A stretch of 63,946 bases of DNA, filler included, from Octopus bimaculoides (Eukaryota): assembly GCF_001194135.2 (NCBI RefSeq). It is 7 parts of 6 records of this genome, joined end to end, with 100 filler letters (N's around TTAATTAATTAA, not from the genome) between each part and the next. Parts side by side here need not be neighbours in the genome. Positions count along the whole stretch, not along the records: positions 1 to 12,824 come from NC_068987.1; positions 12,925 to 27,486 come from NC_068982.1; 5 more parts are not named here. One strand, written 5' to 3'. This document shows positions 1 to 13,179 of this stretch, one piece after another. The translations under genes and the position numbers were made by a program. Within the stretch, counting starts at the first letter, position 1. Every line of letters begins with the position of its first letter. Under the pieces are notes generated by a model. That model made no database searches and was not told the DNA's origin. It saw only the letters and a program-made list of their open reading frames with translations.

Positions 1-644
1 TATATATAATTATTACCTATGAGGTTTTTATTCCCATGCTAGGCACTTGTATTTTATATATATATATATAAAATATTACATGTACATATTAAATATTATT
101 TTCAAATATTTCATAAATATTTTATTTAAATACACAAAAAAAACTATATGAATATAAAACATTTGATATGTTTTATATATAAGTTGGCCGACACTCGATA
201 CTTTGTGTGCGCGGCTATTGAAATATCTGTGAAACCTATTGAAAGATTGTCGAAATCTGGAGTTAGCTTTGGGAAATCTGATACTCTCGAAATAGACGTC
301 TTTAAAGTTAGGTAGGATATTCTCAATTTGGCGACTATGAAATTAAGCGGACAGGTAATGAAGTTGGTGCCTGTAAGAATTTGTTAAACAAGTACTTCTC
401 AAGTTCATGACTATAGAATTTGTTAGACTGCTTCTCCTCATGTTGACAACTGTAAAGATAGGTGGCACTTCCCAAGCTGACGATTCCAAAAGGTGACAGA
501 TACTCCTCATGTTGACGGCTATACAATTAAGTAGAGAGGGTCAGCGTATAAGTAGTTTAGTTAGACAAGGTGACTGTGTGAATAGTTCCATTATTGTCGA
601 GTTCTATAAAAATATTTCAATTTTCTAGTGTTGACTCATGAAAA

Positions 645-840
645 ACTGAAAGGCAATTCCACTTCGGTGGAATTTGAACTTAGAACATAAAGAAGATGAA
701 ATGATGTTCAGCATCTTGTCCAGCGTGCTAAAGATCTTCCTACCTTAATAATGATAATAATGATCCTTTCTACTATAGACACAAGGCCTGAAATTTTGAG
801 GGAGGGGCCTAGTCGATTACATCGGCCCCAGTGTTTCAAA
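645..840 (-). mobile_element. tRNA-derived SINE, family B (two partial copies)
   Basis: Reverse complement of the head (gttcaaattcc B-box) and tail (gtaatcgactag...aatttcaggccttgtg) shared with other copies in the window. Confidence 0.7.
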
Positions 841-1276
841 ATTCCTTCTTCAGATATCCCTAGGAATTGATGGAGTCGTTGCTATAACCGGTTTTCTAAC
901 GGCTTTCCCCCTTTTTTTTTGGAAGCGTCTCAGCAGTGGTGTCACGAAGCTCCTTCCGGAATTCCCATTAGAGGTGCGTGAGGTCGACCATGTCTCAATC
1001 TCATGTGTGCTGGCATATCCGTAGCGCTGCTATTAAGTTATGTGTCATACGTGCAGCTTCCTTGTTTTTCCCTTCTTTTTTTTTTACTCTTTGTTTTTGT
1101 TATAAACAATACATGAGCATGTTATCAAGAATGAACCTACAGGCACCCTGATGTAGTTAAATAATTATTGATTACCAACCTCCAGCCTGTTGTTAATTTG
1201 GGGTCCTAGTCTGTATATGAGTATAGCTTCCTTAATTCTTAAATTACCCAAATTATAATAAATAATAACAATAATA

Positions 1277-1563
1277 CGAAGGTTGTGGTCAATGAAGAGA
1301 GTAGATGTGATACCAATAGTAATTGGTGCACTTGGAAGTATCAGCCCTCAACTACCAACATGGCTGAAAAAGATCGGTGCAAGTGTGGAGGTAGAACTCC
1401 TACAAAAATCAGCACTGCTTGGAACTGCAAGAATTCTTCGCAGGGTTCTTGAAGCATGAGCAGTAAACAAGAGTCATCTTAGTCTGCTGGCTGTGAACAG
1501 CAGACGCTTCCCATCATACCCAGCAAAATAAGCTATGAATTTTCATATAATAATAATAATAAT
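1277..1563 (+). mobile_element. Dong/R4 non-LTR retrotransposon, 5'-truncated 3' end
   Basis: Translates RRLWSMKRVDVIPIVIGALGSI...LLQKSALLGTARILRRVLEA*, the C-terminus of an R4/Dong restriction-like endonuclease ORF. Flanked by (TAA)n on both sides. Confidence 0.85.
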
Positions 1564-1699
1564 TTTCTCTTTATTCACTACCATAGGTTCACTAAAAAAT
1601 CTTTGGGAAAGGTACAGGACAATACAATATGGGGTCATATAAAAAGAAACATTTAAACAATGAAAACGATAAAATAAATTTTTACAATTTTAACAACGA

Positions 1700-1975
1700 A
1701 AAATTCCACCTAAAAGGGAGATTTTGTAGGGTTGCGCTGGACCAAAAACCAAAAACCACGGTTACCCTCTCCACATCGTGTTCATTCAATCTATATACGT
1801 ATGCTTAAAATAGGCAGTTTCCGCTCTACCTTCACTCTCCATTTCAAGTGAAACTTGAAAAAGTTGATGGGAGCTTGGCCAAAGAGGAAAGTATCTGTCT
1901 TCAGCCCTTTCAATTTGGTCTACCATACAGCTTCTTTCGCACGACATCTGGCTTAGTTGTTCGATGATGAGCTGC
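1700..1975 (-). mobile_element. L1/Tx1-like LINE 3' fragment (decayed)
   Basis: Minus-strand translation gives KEAVW.T.LKGLKTDTFLFGQ..INFFKFHLKWRVKVERK, resembling Tx1/L1 ORF2 C-termini. Confidence 0.5.
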
Positions 1976-2144
1976 TTTTGTAACGTTTGATACTTGCAGA
2001 AGTAACAAAAAGAAATAGATATACCAACAATTCCAGTGGATTAAATCTGCATTTCGAACATATGCAGTTTTCTGATTTCGGAAATACTGATATAGATTTT
2101 GGCAGAAATAACAGTAGTGTTTCTGATAGGTTGTCCAACCTCTC

Positions 2145-2300
2145 TCCCTACCTACCTACCTACGTACCTACCTACCTACCTACCTACCTACCTACCTACC
2201 TACTTGCCTACCTACCTACTTGCCTGCCTGCCTGCTTGCCTGCTTGTTTGCTTGCCTGCCTGTCTGTCTGTTCATCTATCTATCCCTCCATCTACATACA
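2145..2300. repeat. Compound tetranucleotide microsatellite (CCTA)n/(CCTG)n
   Basis: Direct reading of the sequence. Confidence 0.9.
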
Positions 2301-2309
2301 TACATACGT

Positions 2310-2515
2310 ATTGATTTCAAATTTTGGCATAAGACCAGCAATTTTGAGGGAAGGAACTAGTCGCTTAAATTGCCCTCAGTGCTCAACTACTTCTTATTTT
2401 ATCGACCGTGAAAGGCAAAGTAGACCTCGGCAGAATTTGAACTCAGAGCGTAAAGACGGACGAAATGCCGCAAAACATTTTGCCCGGAGTGCTAACGACT
2501 CTGCCGGATCGCCTT
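2310..2515 (-). mobile_element. tRNA-derived SINE, family B
   Basis: cggcagaatttgaactcagagcgt...gctaacgactctgcc is the reverse complement of the family B head. Confidence 0.8.
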
Positions 2516-2635
2516 ATATGAGGATATTTACCGGAGGGAAAGCCGTAGCATGTGACTTTTAAACAACGCATTTACGTTAAGTATAGTGAATTGATAATAT
2601 TTTATTACAGAGCAGTATATTATAAAATTCGGATA

Positions 2636-2652
2636 CACACAGACACACATAC

Positions 2653-2696
<44 letters not shown>

Positions 2697-2718
2697 ATAT
2701 GTATATCAGTGTGTGCGT

Positions 2719-2749
<31 letters not shown>

Positions 2750-3025
2750 CGTGCGTATGTGTGTGTACTTGCGTAGATATGTACATTTGTTTATATATAC
2801 ATATATTTACATACACACGTTACACACACACATACAAACATACGCACACATGTAAACGTAAACAGATACATACACACTCCAATATATAAACGTGCGCATG
2901 TTTTTGCATTTGTTTATACATAGAGTTATTGCATACACACACATGAACACACACACACACATGCACACACATACACATATGTACATACATACATACATAC
3001 ATACACTTCAAATGCACACATAATA
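2636..3025. repeat. Compound (TA)n/(TG)n/(CA)n/(CATA)n microsatellite
   Basis: Direct reading; explains the overlapping low-complexity ORFs. Confidence 0.9.
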
Positions 3026-3527
3026 TGATGGTTGTAATATTTTTGTTTTTATTGCTTTTAAGTATAAGTTGCGCATACGTTGTTGTATCGTGGAGAAAGA
3101 AAATTATAAACTAAAATCTCAGAAATAGCGGAATTTATTTTCTATTAACTGGAGAAAAAAAACAGAGAAAGAATATTAGGATGGAAAAGAAAAGTCACTA
3201 AGTAACGTTATTCGAGAAAAAAAAAGTCGAATTGTTTTTAAGTTTGTACATTTTCTGCCGGTTCTGGCTATATTTATTGCTTTGTAAGACTAGCATTGTA
3301 TTAATTCTGTTTAGAATAACTGCGCAATAACACGGAATGAAATTCTATACATGATAAGGTAGTTGTATTATTTTGACGGTGACTTCTGAAGTACGGAAGC
3401 AAAAATTTATGGAAACAAAGCCTTTGGTTCTTTGTGATTTCACATTTGAAGTTATTTTAGTTCCAATTGCACAGTTGAAAAGGCATTGTAGCCAATAAGC
3501 CGACCCATACCGTTACACTGACCCTTA

Positions 3528-3529
3528 CC

Positions 3530-3567
<38 letters not shown>

Positions 3568-3640
3568 GCTGTTGTTGTTGTTGTTGTTGTTGTTGTTATT
3601 ATTATTATTATATTCCTCCTCCTCCTCATCATCATCATCA
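3528..3640. repeat. Compound trinucleotide microsatellite (TTA)n(TTG)n(TCC)n(TCA)n
   Basis: Direct reading. Confidence 0.9.
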
Positions 3641-4569
3641 CAAAATGATATGCTATCATTAATTGGAAGTGTAGGCAAAACTGCTGATGAAGCAACATCC
3701 ATATCTACGTTTGGAGACAGTGACTACACTGAAATGTATGATTTTAATCAATACGGTGCCTAGCTTAATTGACAACAAAAGCAATGGAAACTATTCATAT
3801 CAAATGAAAACTATTGAATAGGAGAACACTTTTGGTGTGATTATTGTTAAGGAATTGTAATTCTAAAAGCAAACTGCAGCTGCAGCAACTAGCATCAACT
3901 TGTATACGTGATAAGCACTTCCTATAGTGATCGACAATGATCATCCTTTCAATACAATTAAAAATTACTGGTGAGACCACACTGTGAATGTACTGAAATC
4001 ATTTGGCTACCAGACCTCATTAAAGATCAGTAGAAAACATGTAGAACTAAGCCACCTAATCAACATGGATGACTCACCATATGAAGACAATATTACAGCT
4101 GTTTCATATATCAGAAATGCTTCGGAAATTTAAGAACATAGACATAATTTATGGTATCTCCGTATAAGATAGTAACAGTTACACTTAGTCTCCATAATGG
4201 TGATGCCTTGCGGTTCCATTATAATTCCAACTGAGTCAATTCATGTAAATTATTCAAGAAGTAATGTAGTATAATACAGGATATGTTCTTAAACATAATC
4301 CATACTAGCTAGAAGATTGAAAAACAACAAATGAATTCAAGGATATACTTGATAAACAGTGAAACGGCATAACATTTGAAACATCCGTCTTGTGACAAAT
4401 AAATCGTTATTTATAACATTTCGTCATTAACCTGAAGTCAACATAATAACTTGTGAGTGCATGTTGTTAGACAGGAACTGCAAAAAATCGACTGGCCGGA
4501 TATAGATAGAAGAAAATATCAAGGAATAGGGAAAGAGGAGGAAAGATAAAGAAAGAAAAATAGAGAGAA

Positions 4570-5150
4570 CACAGCGCTTTCGTTGGTCAGGTCTTGTAGT
4601 ATTTTGATGGGTGAGTTATTAGCAATCATTCGGGCAGCTTTCTTTCGGATGCGGTCTAGAGTGTTTGTTTATAACAGTAGTACTTTCATAAATGTGGGAT
4701 GCAATACTCTGTTGAAGGCCTTAATCTTGTAATCATTGTTGAGAGGTCAACCTTTTGACAGAACCATTGACACATCAGAAAAATTTCTGCTACGTTTTTT
4801 AACAATTTCGGCGTCGCTAAAATAAAGAGTTAGTTATCAGTTGGAATCAATGGTATCAACTAAACCCCAAACCTAAGTTTTAAGCATTGTGATTATACTT
4901 GAAGCGATTATTTTGTAATATTGTTTATCGTCGGGTTAGCCACCTTTAAACAAACAAATGATCAAAGAATCCCAACTTTGACTATCTCATATATTCTCAG
5001 ATGCAGTGTATGTAGGACTACATTATTGAATGTAATATTGAGGATCCTATTCTTTTTAAATACGATGGTTCAGATTCAGTGGAATTTGGTTATTAGTTAT
5101 AGTGGGTAGCATAAGCATGCTGGGACATTTTTTGTTGTCCGTTACACCTT
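4570..5150 (-). mobile_element. L2/Crack/CR1-like LINE ORF2 3' fragment (decayed)
   Basis: Minus strand gives RPSTEYC and TLDRIRKKAARMIANNSPIKILQDL, similar to the RP.LEYC..W...LDRVQ.RA.R motif. Confidence 0.55.
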
Positions 5151-6082
5151 TGTTATTGGCGCTGAAGTTGCTGTATAACAAGATTGAATTAGCGAAGGCA
5201 AGTTGAAAATATATTTTCTTCTCTATAAACTGCTAAACCCAATTCATTTCATTTTTGCATTTAATGGCCGAGAGAATTGTGTAAAGGTTACAAAATTACA
5301 TTCTCTCTTCTTTAAACACCTGAGCTTATTTAGAGAGTTAAGAAATAATATTTCTTTATCGTTGTTAAGTCTCACTGTAAACATTTATCATTCAACTAAG
5401 GTAGTAGTTGAATAATGTTCTTAAGGCTGCAATTTACTCACATGCAGCATGTTCAGAGCTTGTCGCTTATTCAGTTCTTAACCAAATCGAAAACTGTTAA
5501 CACTTCTGAAGAGGACTGGTCCCTAGATACATTTTGGCATAAAAGATTGAGATTTGATCCATTAGATAAAAGTTTACATCAAAATTTGTAGCAACGTTAT
5601 AGGAGAGTAAGTAACGCTACCAATCAAGATTAGATCTAAATAACTTTTTTTCTCTTAAAAGTAAAATATATTTATCTTAGCTTCAATGATAGAAGAAAGC
5701 ATGAAGAATTTTATGGTTTTGGCTCCATGCAACAAAAAATTGTATCAAATAAGTTGTGAGGCAAACTATCATGAAAAAATATAAGTAATGTAAAAAAGTG
5801 GATTTAAGTATAATTAACTTATTTATTTTAAAAACAAACTATATTTTAATTAAGCTTAAATGATAGGGCTCAATTCGAGGAATTTCATGGTAGCAATCTC
5901 ATGCAATGAATTTTTAAAAGATAAACGTTACGAGTGTTTATTTCTCAAATTTGAGGGTGATAATATAGTTCTATACTTTTTTATGAACTTTTAATATATG
6001 TCACCGGGTTCATTGAAATAAGAAAAAAATTATCAACGACACCGCTAGTTGACACATTTGACACATTATTAATTACATGGAT

Positions 6083-6905
6083 TACATGGCAAAATGCAAG
6101 CAAGAGAAATAATAAACCCGGAAAATTACAGGACAAGTTATTACACTTGGAAAGGTTCAGGACAACTTATTACATCTGGTAAAGTATAGAACAAGAAAAT
6201 TTTTACTTAAAATATTGCAGGTAAGGATAAAATTCGAATAGTAAAAATTATTTGATTTTATTTAATCTACAAAGTAACATTATAATTAAAAAAGGTACGA
6301 TCATTTTGTTAAAATATTGACACACTAGAATACTTAAAAAATGAGAACCAGAAGTAACAATATAGCTAAAGTTTTATGGAATAGTATGGTAGGCAAATTC
6401 ATTATGTAAAAGATAGGCATTAGGTCAAGACTAAAAATGTGAAGACTTGGCAATAACTTAGGCAATAACTCAAGCAAATTTTACTGTGAATTTGTTGTTA
6501 TAGGTAAATTTTACTGTAATATATAACTAATTTTTGTATTATTCTATATATTGTACTAATTATATTCTAGTATTATATTTTATAATTTATTTTCAAATTT
6601 CTAATTATCAGTTAATAATTAAAAAAATTAATTTTTTAAAGTGCAAAAGATATTTTAATTGAGTTATTTTAAATTTTTAATAGAAGTAACAATTCATAAC
6701 AAATAGAAGTAATAGCTTGTAATAAAATGTTTAGTTTTAATAACTAAATCTAAATATTTTATTTGAATATTTTAAGTAAAAATTTTCTTGTTCTGCACTT
6801 TACCAAATGTAATAAGTTGTTTTGAACTTTTCCAAGCATAATAACTAATTTTCCAGGTTCATAATCTTAAGAATATTTCTCTTGCTCGCATTTTTCCATG
6901 TAATG
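6083..6905. mobile_element. AT-rich foldback/MITE-like element with about 200-bp imperfect inverted arms
   Basis: 6083-6290 (attacatggcaaaatgcaagcaagagaaata...caagaaaatttttacttaaaatatt) is the reverse complement of about 6710-6905. Confidence 0.6.
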
Positions 6906-7114
6906 TATTTATGCGCACAGTTTATTTATTCTGAAGCTATAATTTCATCAAATTGTATGCGGATATTTGTTTTAAATTTTGTGGGGAAGTCTTTCTTTGT
7001 TTTATATTTTGGAGGGGAATCTTTCTTTAATTCATTTTTACTAGATTTTCATTTTTACCTAAAGGGCTTTATAAATTTCTCTTTATAAATATTGCTTTTT
7101 ATAAAACTGTGCAC

Positions 7115-7320
7115 TAGCGGAATCGTTAGAACACCGGCCAAAATTCTTAGCGGCATTTCGTCAGTTTTTACGATCTGAGTTCAAATTCCGCTGAAGTCGA
7201 CTTTGTTTTTTATCCTTTCAGGGTCGATAAAATAAACAGCAGTTGAGCACTGAGGTTGATGTAATCCATTCACCCACTCCCTGAAATTGCTGGCTCTGTG
7301 CCAACATTTGAAACCAATAC
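7115..7320 (+). mobile_element. tRNA-derived SINE, family B
   Basis: gcggaatcgttagaac...ctgagttcaaattccgc...gggtcgataaaat...gatgtaatc. Confidence 0.8.
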
Positions 7321-7371
7321 TTTTGTTTTGTTTTTACTCAGTTGAACTGCCTATTGTATAAATCAGTATAT

Positions 7372-7530
7372 AGAGGCGTGGCTGTATGTCTAAGAAGTTC
7401 ACTTCCTGGATACAGAATTTTGAATTGAATCTCAGTACAAATATTTATGGCCCTGGATCGAACTAAATTCCTCTGAATGAAATTTTGTTCATAGAAACTA
7501 CACGGAAGCCTGTCAAAAGAACTATTCCTC
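7372..7530 (+). mobile_element. tRNA-derived SINE, family A (degenerate 5' part)
   Basis: ggcgtggctgt...taagaagtt...gaaactacacggaagcc, similar to the family A head. Confidence 0.55.
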
Positions 7531-8436
7531 TCCCTCCATGCTAGACATGATCAATCACCCGGTGTAACACCACCACTGGACTGTTGGGTGTGAATTTATG
7601 AGAATCCACTCACTCTCATATAAATTTTCGAATCTAGTCAGTGGCCTGAGCATAACATCCACACTTTAACCCACTGATTTTGGGGGTCATGAAAATTGTC
7701 ATAGATACTGCCCCTCATCCTCTGACTAAATGATAAAAAAATGTGGAAATTATTTTTATCAGTAAGAAAATACAACATTGAAGGGCATGATCTAATTTAG
7801 ACAACACCCTAAGCAATAATCGAAAACCATTTATCATTTAACTCGGCGTTTTACTGCTCTATTTATACCATCTATAGCAGTGTTTAATATTGATATCACT
7901 TTAATATATTGCTGCGTTCCCATTGATATTTAGATAAAGTTGTAAGGCATATTTTAGTGAAATTTCCTCTTACCTCTTTCTGATATATAGAGAATCAATT
8001 ACATTCAGCGAATTGAAGTGTTTCCTTTAATATCTTTCCATAAGAGCTCATTCAATTTTGTCATTATTCCTCGTATTTCTATAGCGATTTGATATAGCTA
8101 AAATGCTGTTAGTCAGTCACAATTACTGGGTAACCAGATTGAGTCGACAGTTGCTGATAAATAAATTTTCCGGGCTGTGTGATCCTCAAAGAATATATAT
8201 GAAAATATATTTTGCTTTACAGTAACTACATTTTATGCTGGATTATATCTATATATTTGCCATTTCTCAAACTTAGAAACCTTTTAGTCACTGATGATTA
8301 TTATGTTGTGTATAAGGTAATCGACTCAACTATAATTTCATAAACTACTTTCCGTTGCAATTACTTTTTACTCTTTTAGCGATATTTTCATGGCCGCAGA
8401 TGGATATACGCGTGTATGTAAAATATTATTATTGAA

Positions 8437-8655
8437 GGCGGTGAGCTAGGAGATTTGTTAGTGCGTTGGATAGAATGCTTAGCGATGTTCCTTCTGTTTC
8501 TTTACATTATGATATCAAATTGAGCCAAGGTCATTTTATCCTTCATCCTTTCGAGGTCGATAACATTAAGTATCATCCAGGTAGTTGGATCGATGTAACC
8601 AACTGACACCTCCTCCTAAAACTATTGGCCTTGTGCCAAAATCGGAAAGTGTTAT
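8437..8655 (+). mobile_element. tRNA-derived SINE, family B
   Basis: ggcggtgagct...aatgcttagcg...catcctttcgaggtcgata...ggccttgtgcc. Confidence 0.75.
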
Positions 8656-11160
8656 TTTTGTTATAATACTATAAAAGCTATTACATGCTTTATTAATTAG
8701 CTGAGAGGTCACCTAGAGGTTTCGTAACACCGAATCTCCTCAAATCTCATGACACATTAGAATTCTTGCAGAATACTGGATTGCACATTTCTGCAAGTCG
8801 AAGATGCGATTCTCAATTTCAATATCCTTTAGTCTTTTAGGTAGCAATTTGCGTGTTGTGCGAAGTTCATCAATTACTTCAGGAGTAATCACCATCTTAG
8901 CCTTCCACAATGTTTTCATGTCTCTGGCTACCTTCACATATTTCTCAATTTTCTCATTTTGTTACGTATTCACTCTATTACTACATGGTATTGCTAAGCC
9001 TATGAGGTTACACTGTCCAGTTTTCGTCCTCAACAAACATTTCTGGTCTTCGTGCTACAATAATATGGTCATCTGTATGGGGAAATTCCTATAAAGTCAT
9101 GTAATTATAATTCTGCATCGCACCGTCTGGCTCGGGTTCATATCAGTTTTCTGTTACTTTGAATTCGCATCTTAGCTAATGTCCCTGTGTATTCTTTTAC
9201 TGACAGTGTAATGCATGTGTTTTACTCTTTTTGTGCTAGCTTACTGCATTTATATTAAGAAATAGTTAATACTTTCCTTTCCTTTCCAACAGATTCTGCT
9301 TTTGCTCTCTGACTTTTATCAATTGTTGCCTTCATCAAATTCATTCTGATTGTTGCAGCTGTAATTAACGGTTCGATTTCTCGTTTCTGGTTTCCTTCCG
9401 TCAACCACAACCAGTGTCCTTTACTTCTAACATTATTGGTTCATTGCATGAATTGAATATGTAATTTCTTTGCTTTCCGGTTACTTGTCCTGCTGTTCTT
9501 CCATCTGTTGTATTATTCTTTATTCACTATGTACAACACCTTTTGCAAACACAATATCGCAGTACTAATGGTATCTTCTGCTTCCTCCCTTTCTTGGTAG
9601 GTAGAGCCTGTTGATGTTACTTTTAGGGTAGTGCGTGTTATACATTGTAAAAAGCTTCCCAATTTTTCTATCTCAATCCTGTGATTCTGCGTTTGTCCAG
9701 TTTACAAAAGGACATGGTTCATGTATTCATTGCTCTGATAATATTCCTTCCATTTGAGTTTATCCTAGCACCTTACTAAGTCTCCTCTTGTACTCTTTAG
9801 AGATTTTCTCTCTTATTTCTTCTTCATTCTGCAGTAACCCCAGGTAATCTTATCCCCATTACTCTTCGACGATCTAATAATACCATCTTGTAATTATATG
9901 CCACCAGAATTTATTTTTTGGTCTATTTTCATAAATAACATTGCACACTTATTTACCCCAAAGTGTATACCAATATCCTTAATAAAAAGTCTAACTGTTT
10001 GGATAAGAGAATCCAGGTCTCTTTGATTTTTGTGTATACAGTTTGAAGTCATTCATACGTAACAAATTGTTTATTTTCGCTCAGGTTTTGGCAAACTCAA
10101 ACAGAGGTCTGGGTTTTATCAGTATGCTCGTCCGAGGGATTAATGCAATAATGTAAAATAATACAAAAGACAAGTTTCACTACAATATATCCCTACGTTT
10201 CTTCAAGTTTCCTAACGATTCATTTGCACATGTTAGTTATTCTTCTCAAGATCTCTTTGCTTATTCTAAAAGGTAATTTATTTTCTCATTCACCCCGAGC
10301 GTCCTTCGGTACTGCAAGAGCCAGGTATGTGGAAGATTATTGTAAGCTTTCTTATAGTCTATCGGGCGAACAGCAAGTTCTTTCTTATTCGTACTTCATT
10401 TAATTTCACACTATCAATATGCAGCTGATCAGTATTTCCCCTTAGCTTTTCTCTGCATCCTTTCTGCTCCTCTGGCAGTTGATTCTTCATTCCCAGAAAG
10501 CTGCTATGAAGCCAGTTTATAATTTCCAGATTAATGGTGAGCATGTAATAGATCTATAAGTACTAGCTTTCCTTCCCTTTTCCTCTTCTGTATTAGCGCT
10601 GTCTTTTTCGTCCAACATTTTGGTGTTCCGGTTTCAATATAGCCCGCAAAAAAGGTATATGGCTGTGCATTTTTGAGAGAATTTTGAGATAGAATCCCTG
10701 AAAACCATCTGGTCCAGAGACTTTCCAATTTGATACTTTCTCTTATTTACTCATCTGTAATATTTATATCTTTTACTTTGATGTATTTTCCAGTTCACTT
10801 TTACATCTCCATAATGAGTCTACTTCCGAATTATATTGAACTTTGCTCCAAATATCTGACAAAAAGTTTCTTGCAGCACATCATCCCCCAGATGTTCATA
10901 CCCATTGTTTAGCTGTTAGTAAAATTTCCTTTCATTTTCTCTGAAGACCCTAATCTGCCGTATAGTAATTTTTTAAACTTGATATTGCTTTAATTATTTT
11001 CCCTTTACTTTTTCATTAACTATGTATGATCCGCCGTGTCTAATGCTGAACTTCTTTTGGGCATCTTTTCCCGCGTCTTTCCTTCACTATCTTCTTTTCA
11101 ATTATTGCGTTTATCATCCCAAGATCTCTATTGAGTGTTCTTGAGTGTTTTGCTTATGAT
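8650..11160 (-). mobile_element. Dong/R4 non-LTR retrotransposon, long decayed copy (RT and RLE remnants)
   Basis: Minus-strand fragments: TKKTALIQKRKREG (RT domain 0/1), NQLPEEQKGCR..LRGNTDQLHID...RKAY, and the C-terminal MKTLWKAKMVITPEVIDELRT...LQKCAIQYSARIL. Many stops and frameshifts. Confidence 0.8.
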
Positions 11161-11984
11161 TCTAAATTTGTTTTAGGTATTGGTAAATAACAAGATCACA
11201 CAAGCATAAGCTTTAACATGTGAAAACAATAACGTTTCGTTTTCTAATGCTACTAGTACGACTCTAAAAGTAAATGGGGAAAGTAACAGAGAAAATGTCG
11301 CATGACAGCGAAAAGAAAGTGCCATCCTCTGACCATCTTACTAAGGAGTGAGTAAGAAAACAAATCACATATATCTGTTTCGCCAGTGATACAGTGAGAA
11401 GTGTTTTCGACGTGGTAAGGAAGCAAGAACTACAGGCAACAAGATACGGTTGGGAGAATTTACCTCATATAACAGAGCCAATGCGTACGGGTCTGTGTAT
11501 AGCTTTCGGAAATAATGACAAATCACACAAAGAAGCTGAGCTGGTTCTTCTTTAAAGGGCTTATAATTTATTGACTGACCTTTACTTTTTATAAGGTTTG
11601 TGTGTATATGGAAATGCTACTGTTGTATTTGTTGTTGATGCTGTTGTTATTATCAGACGAAGCATTAAATTCACCTTTGGTGCTGGAAAAATTATTATTT
11701 CTGCTTTACGAAATGTTCATGTCGGTGCGAATACATAGGTTATTTTTGTCTTTATTTAGAGCTGGGAGAAAACTTTATAGTTTATTTGAGGAGTTGTACA
11801 CATGTTGCTTTTCCTGGTTGCCTTATACTTAAGATACAACAGACATTAAAAATGTCAGAAATTAAACAGGAAATCATAAAATACAAACCTTGTTTTTGTC
11901 TGGGAACAGGTATTGGGAGAGGATGTCTACTGGCAACTAAACCATATTAGCAAGTACTTAGAGAAGAATATTCGTTTCATAACA

Positions 11985-12245
11985 CTTCAAATTATTCCTA
12001 GGACGACTATCCTTCCCGTGTCATATAGATCCATTGGGCTGGTTTCCCAGTTTCCATGGTGCATATATTCCAAACTAGATGGGACGTCGGTACCTTGCAG
12101 GATTACTCATATTTGCCAGCTGGAGTGGACTGAAGCAACGTGAAATTAAGTGTTCTGTTCAAGAACACAACTCGTCGCCCGGTCCAGGAATCGAAACCAC
12201 AATCTTATGATCATGAGTTCAACAAAGCTGCGCGCCTGCACGGGA
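11985..12245 (-). mobile_element. tRNA-derived SINE with CORE-like central domain
   Basis: Reverse complement: gtggtttcgattcctggaccgggcg...ttgtgttcttgaac...cacgttgcttcagtccactccagctggcaaatatgagta. Confidence 0.65.
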
Positions 12246-12824
12246 CAATTATAGCAACAAAAATAATGAGAAAAAAACAACAAAAAAACAACAAAAAAAA
12301 AAGCAAAACAAGAAAAGGCATCGGAGGGAGATGCCTACCCTGCGCGCAGATAAATGTTTTTCGCAAATTATAGTGTGGCTTACAATGCATTGCTTACCCA
12401 TGCTTTTTAATTGAACTGAATAAAGCTTTGTAAGTGTTCGACTAAAAAGGATTAGAAGCCTAAGTAAATGACAGCTAAAAATAAACTTGGTCGATGCCTT
12501 TGCCAAGCCGATGTGTGTAAAATTTGCATATAACTAAATAAATGATTATTCAAATAATAATCATGATTATGAAAAAGAAAGTAAACAAAATGAAATAATT
12601 ATTGAAAATGTTGCATTGAGAAGTGTTTTCAACGTCTTTCAAATGATGGCAGACGAATCAAACGTTCTGTAGTTCGTTGTAGGATATAAATAATATGGCC
12701 GCCTGCTTATCGGGAAATTTGTAAGTTCGATTTATTTTAATTAAAATTTTCTTTATAAGTATCACCATTACAGGTATTTATACTCTGGTGAAATTAAGAA
12801 ATCAACTCATAAACAAAACCCACG

Positions 12825-12924
12825 NNNNNNNNNNNNNNNNNNNNNNNNNNNNNNNNNNNNNNNNNNNNTTAATTAATTAANNNNNNNNNNNNNNNNNNNN
12901 NNNNNNNNNNNNNNNNNNNNNNNN
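12825..12924. other. Assembly spacer (N44-TTAATTAATTAA-N44)
   Basis: Fixed 100-bp spacer with a six-frame stop linker; identical design at five other sites. Confidence 0.95.
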
Positions 12925-12929
12925 TATAT

Positions 12930-13165
12930 ATATATATATTAACTGGTGAAGTATATTTGCCACTTAAATGTGGTTGACCCCTAAGGGTGGATGTTACTAT
13001 TGATTTTAGCCCCAGGAGAGCATCTCCTCCAGCTGGCTATTGACACACATCTGTGTCCTGTCTGTATTTGCAAAGGGAAGTCATCCTTCCCATCTTGATC
13101 TGCGATACGCACGGACTTGAGTTTCTGGGTATTTACCCGTCCTCAGCGTTCAGAGATTTAACATA
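12930..13165 (-). repeat. Interspersed repeat, probably a LINE 3' end (second copy at 39040-39298)
   Basis: gtgaagtatatttgccacttaaatgtgg...ttagccccagga...catctcctccagctggc is shared with 39047-39140; both copies abut (TA)n. Strand and class are inferred. Confidence 0.6.
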
Positions 13166-13179
13166 TATAATAACTCTTT

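Noticed and set aside
3457-4300. Leu/Ser-rich ORF 3566-3763 and downstream fragments (EIIWLPDL, nicotinic-receptor-like; VIDNDHPF, cadherin-like)
   Set aside because: The Leu run is a microsatellite with an upstream in-frame stop and no ATG. The motif resemblances are isolated, in different frames, surrounded by stops, and lack supporting motifs.
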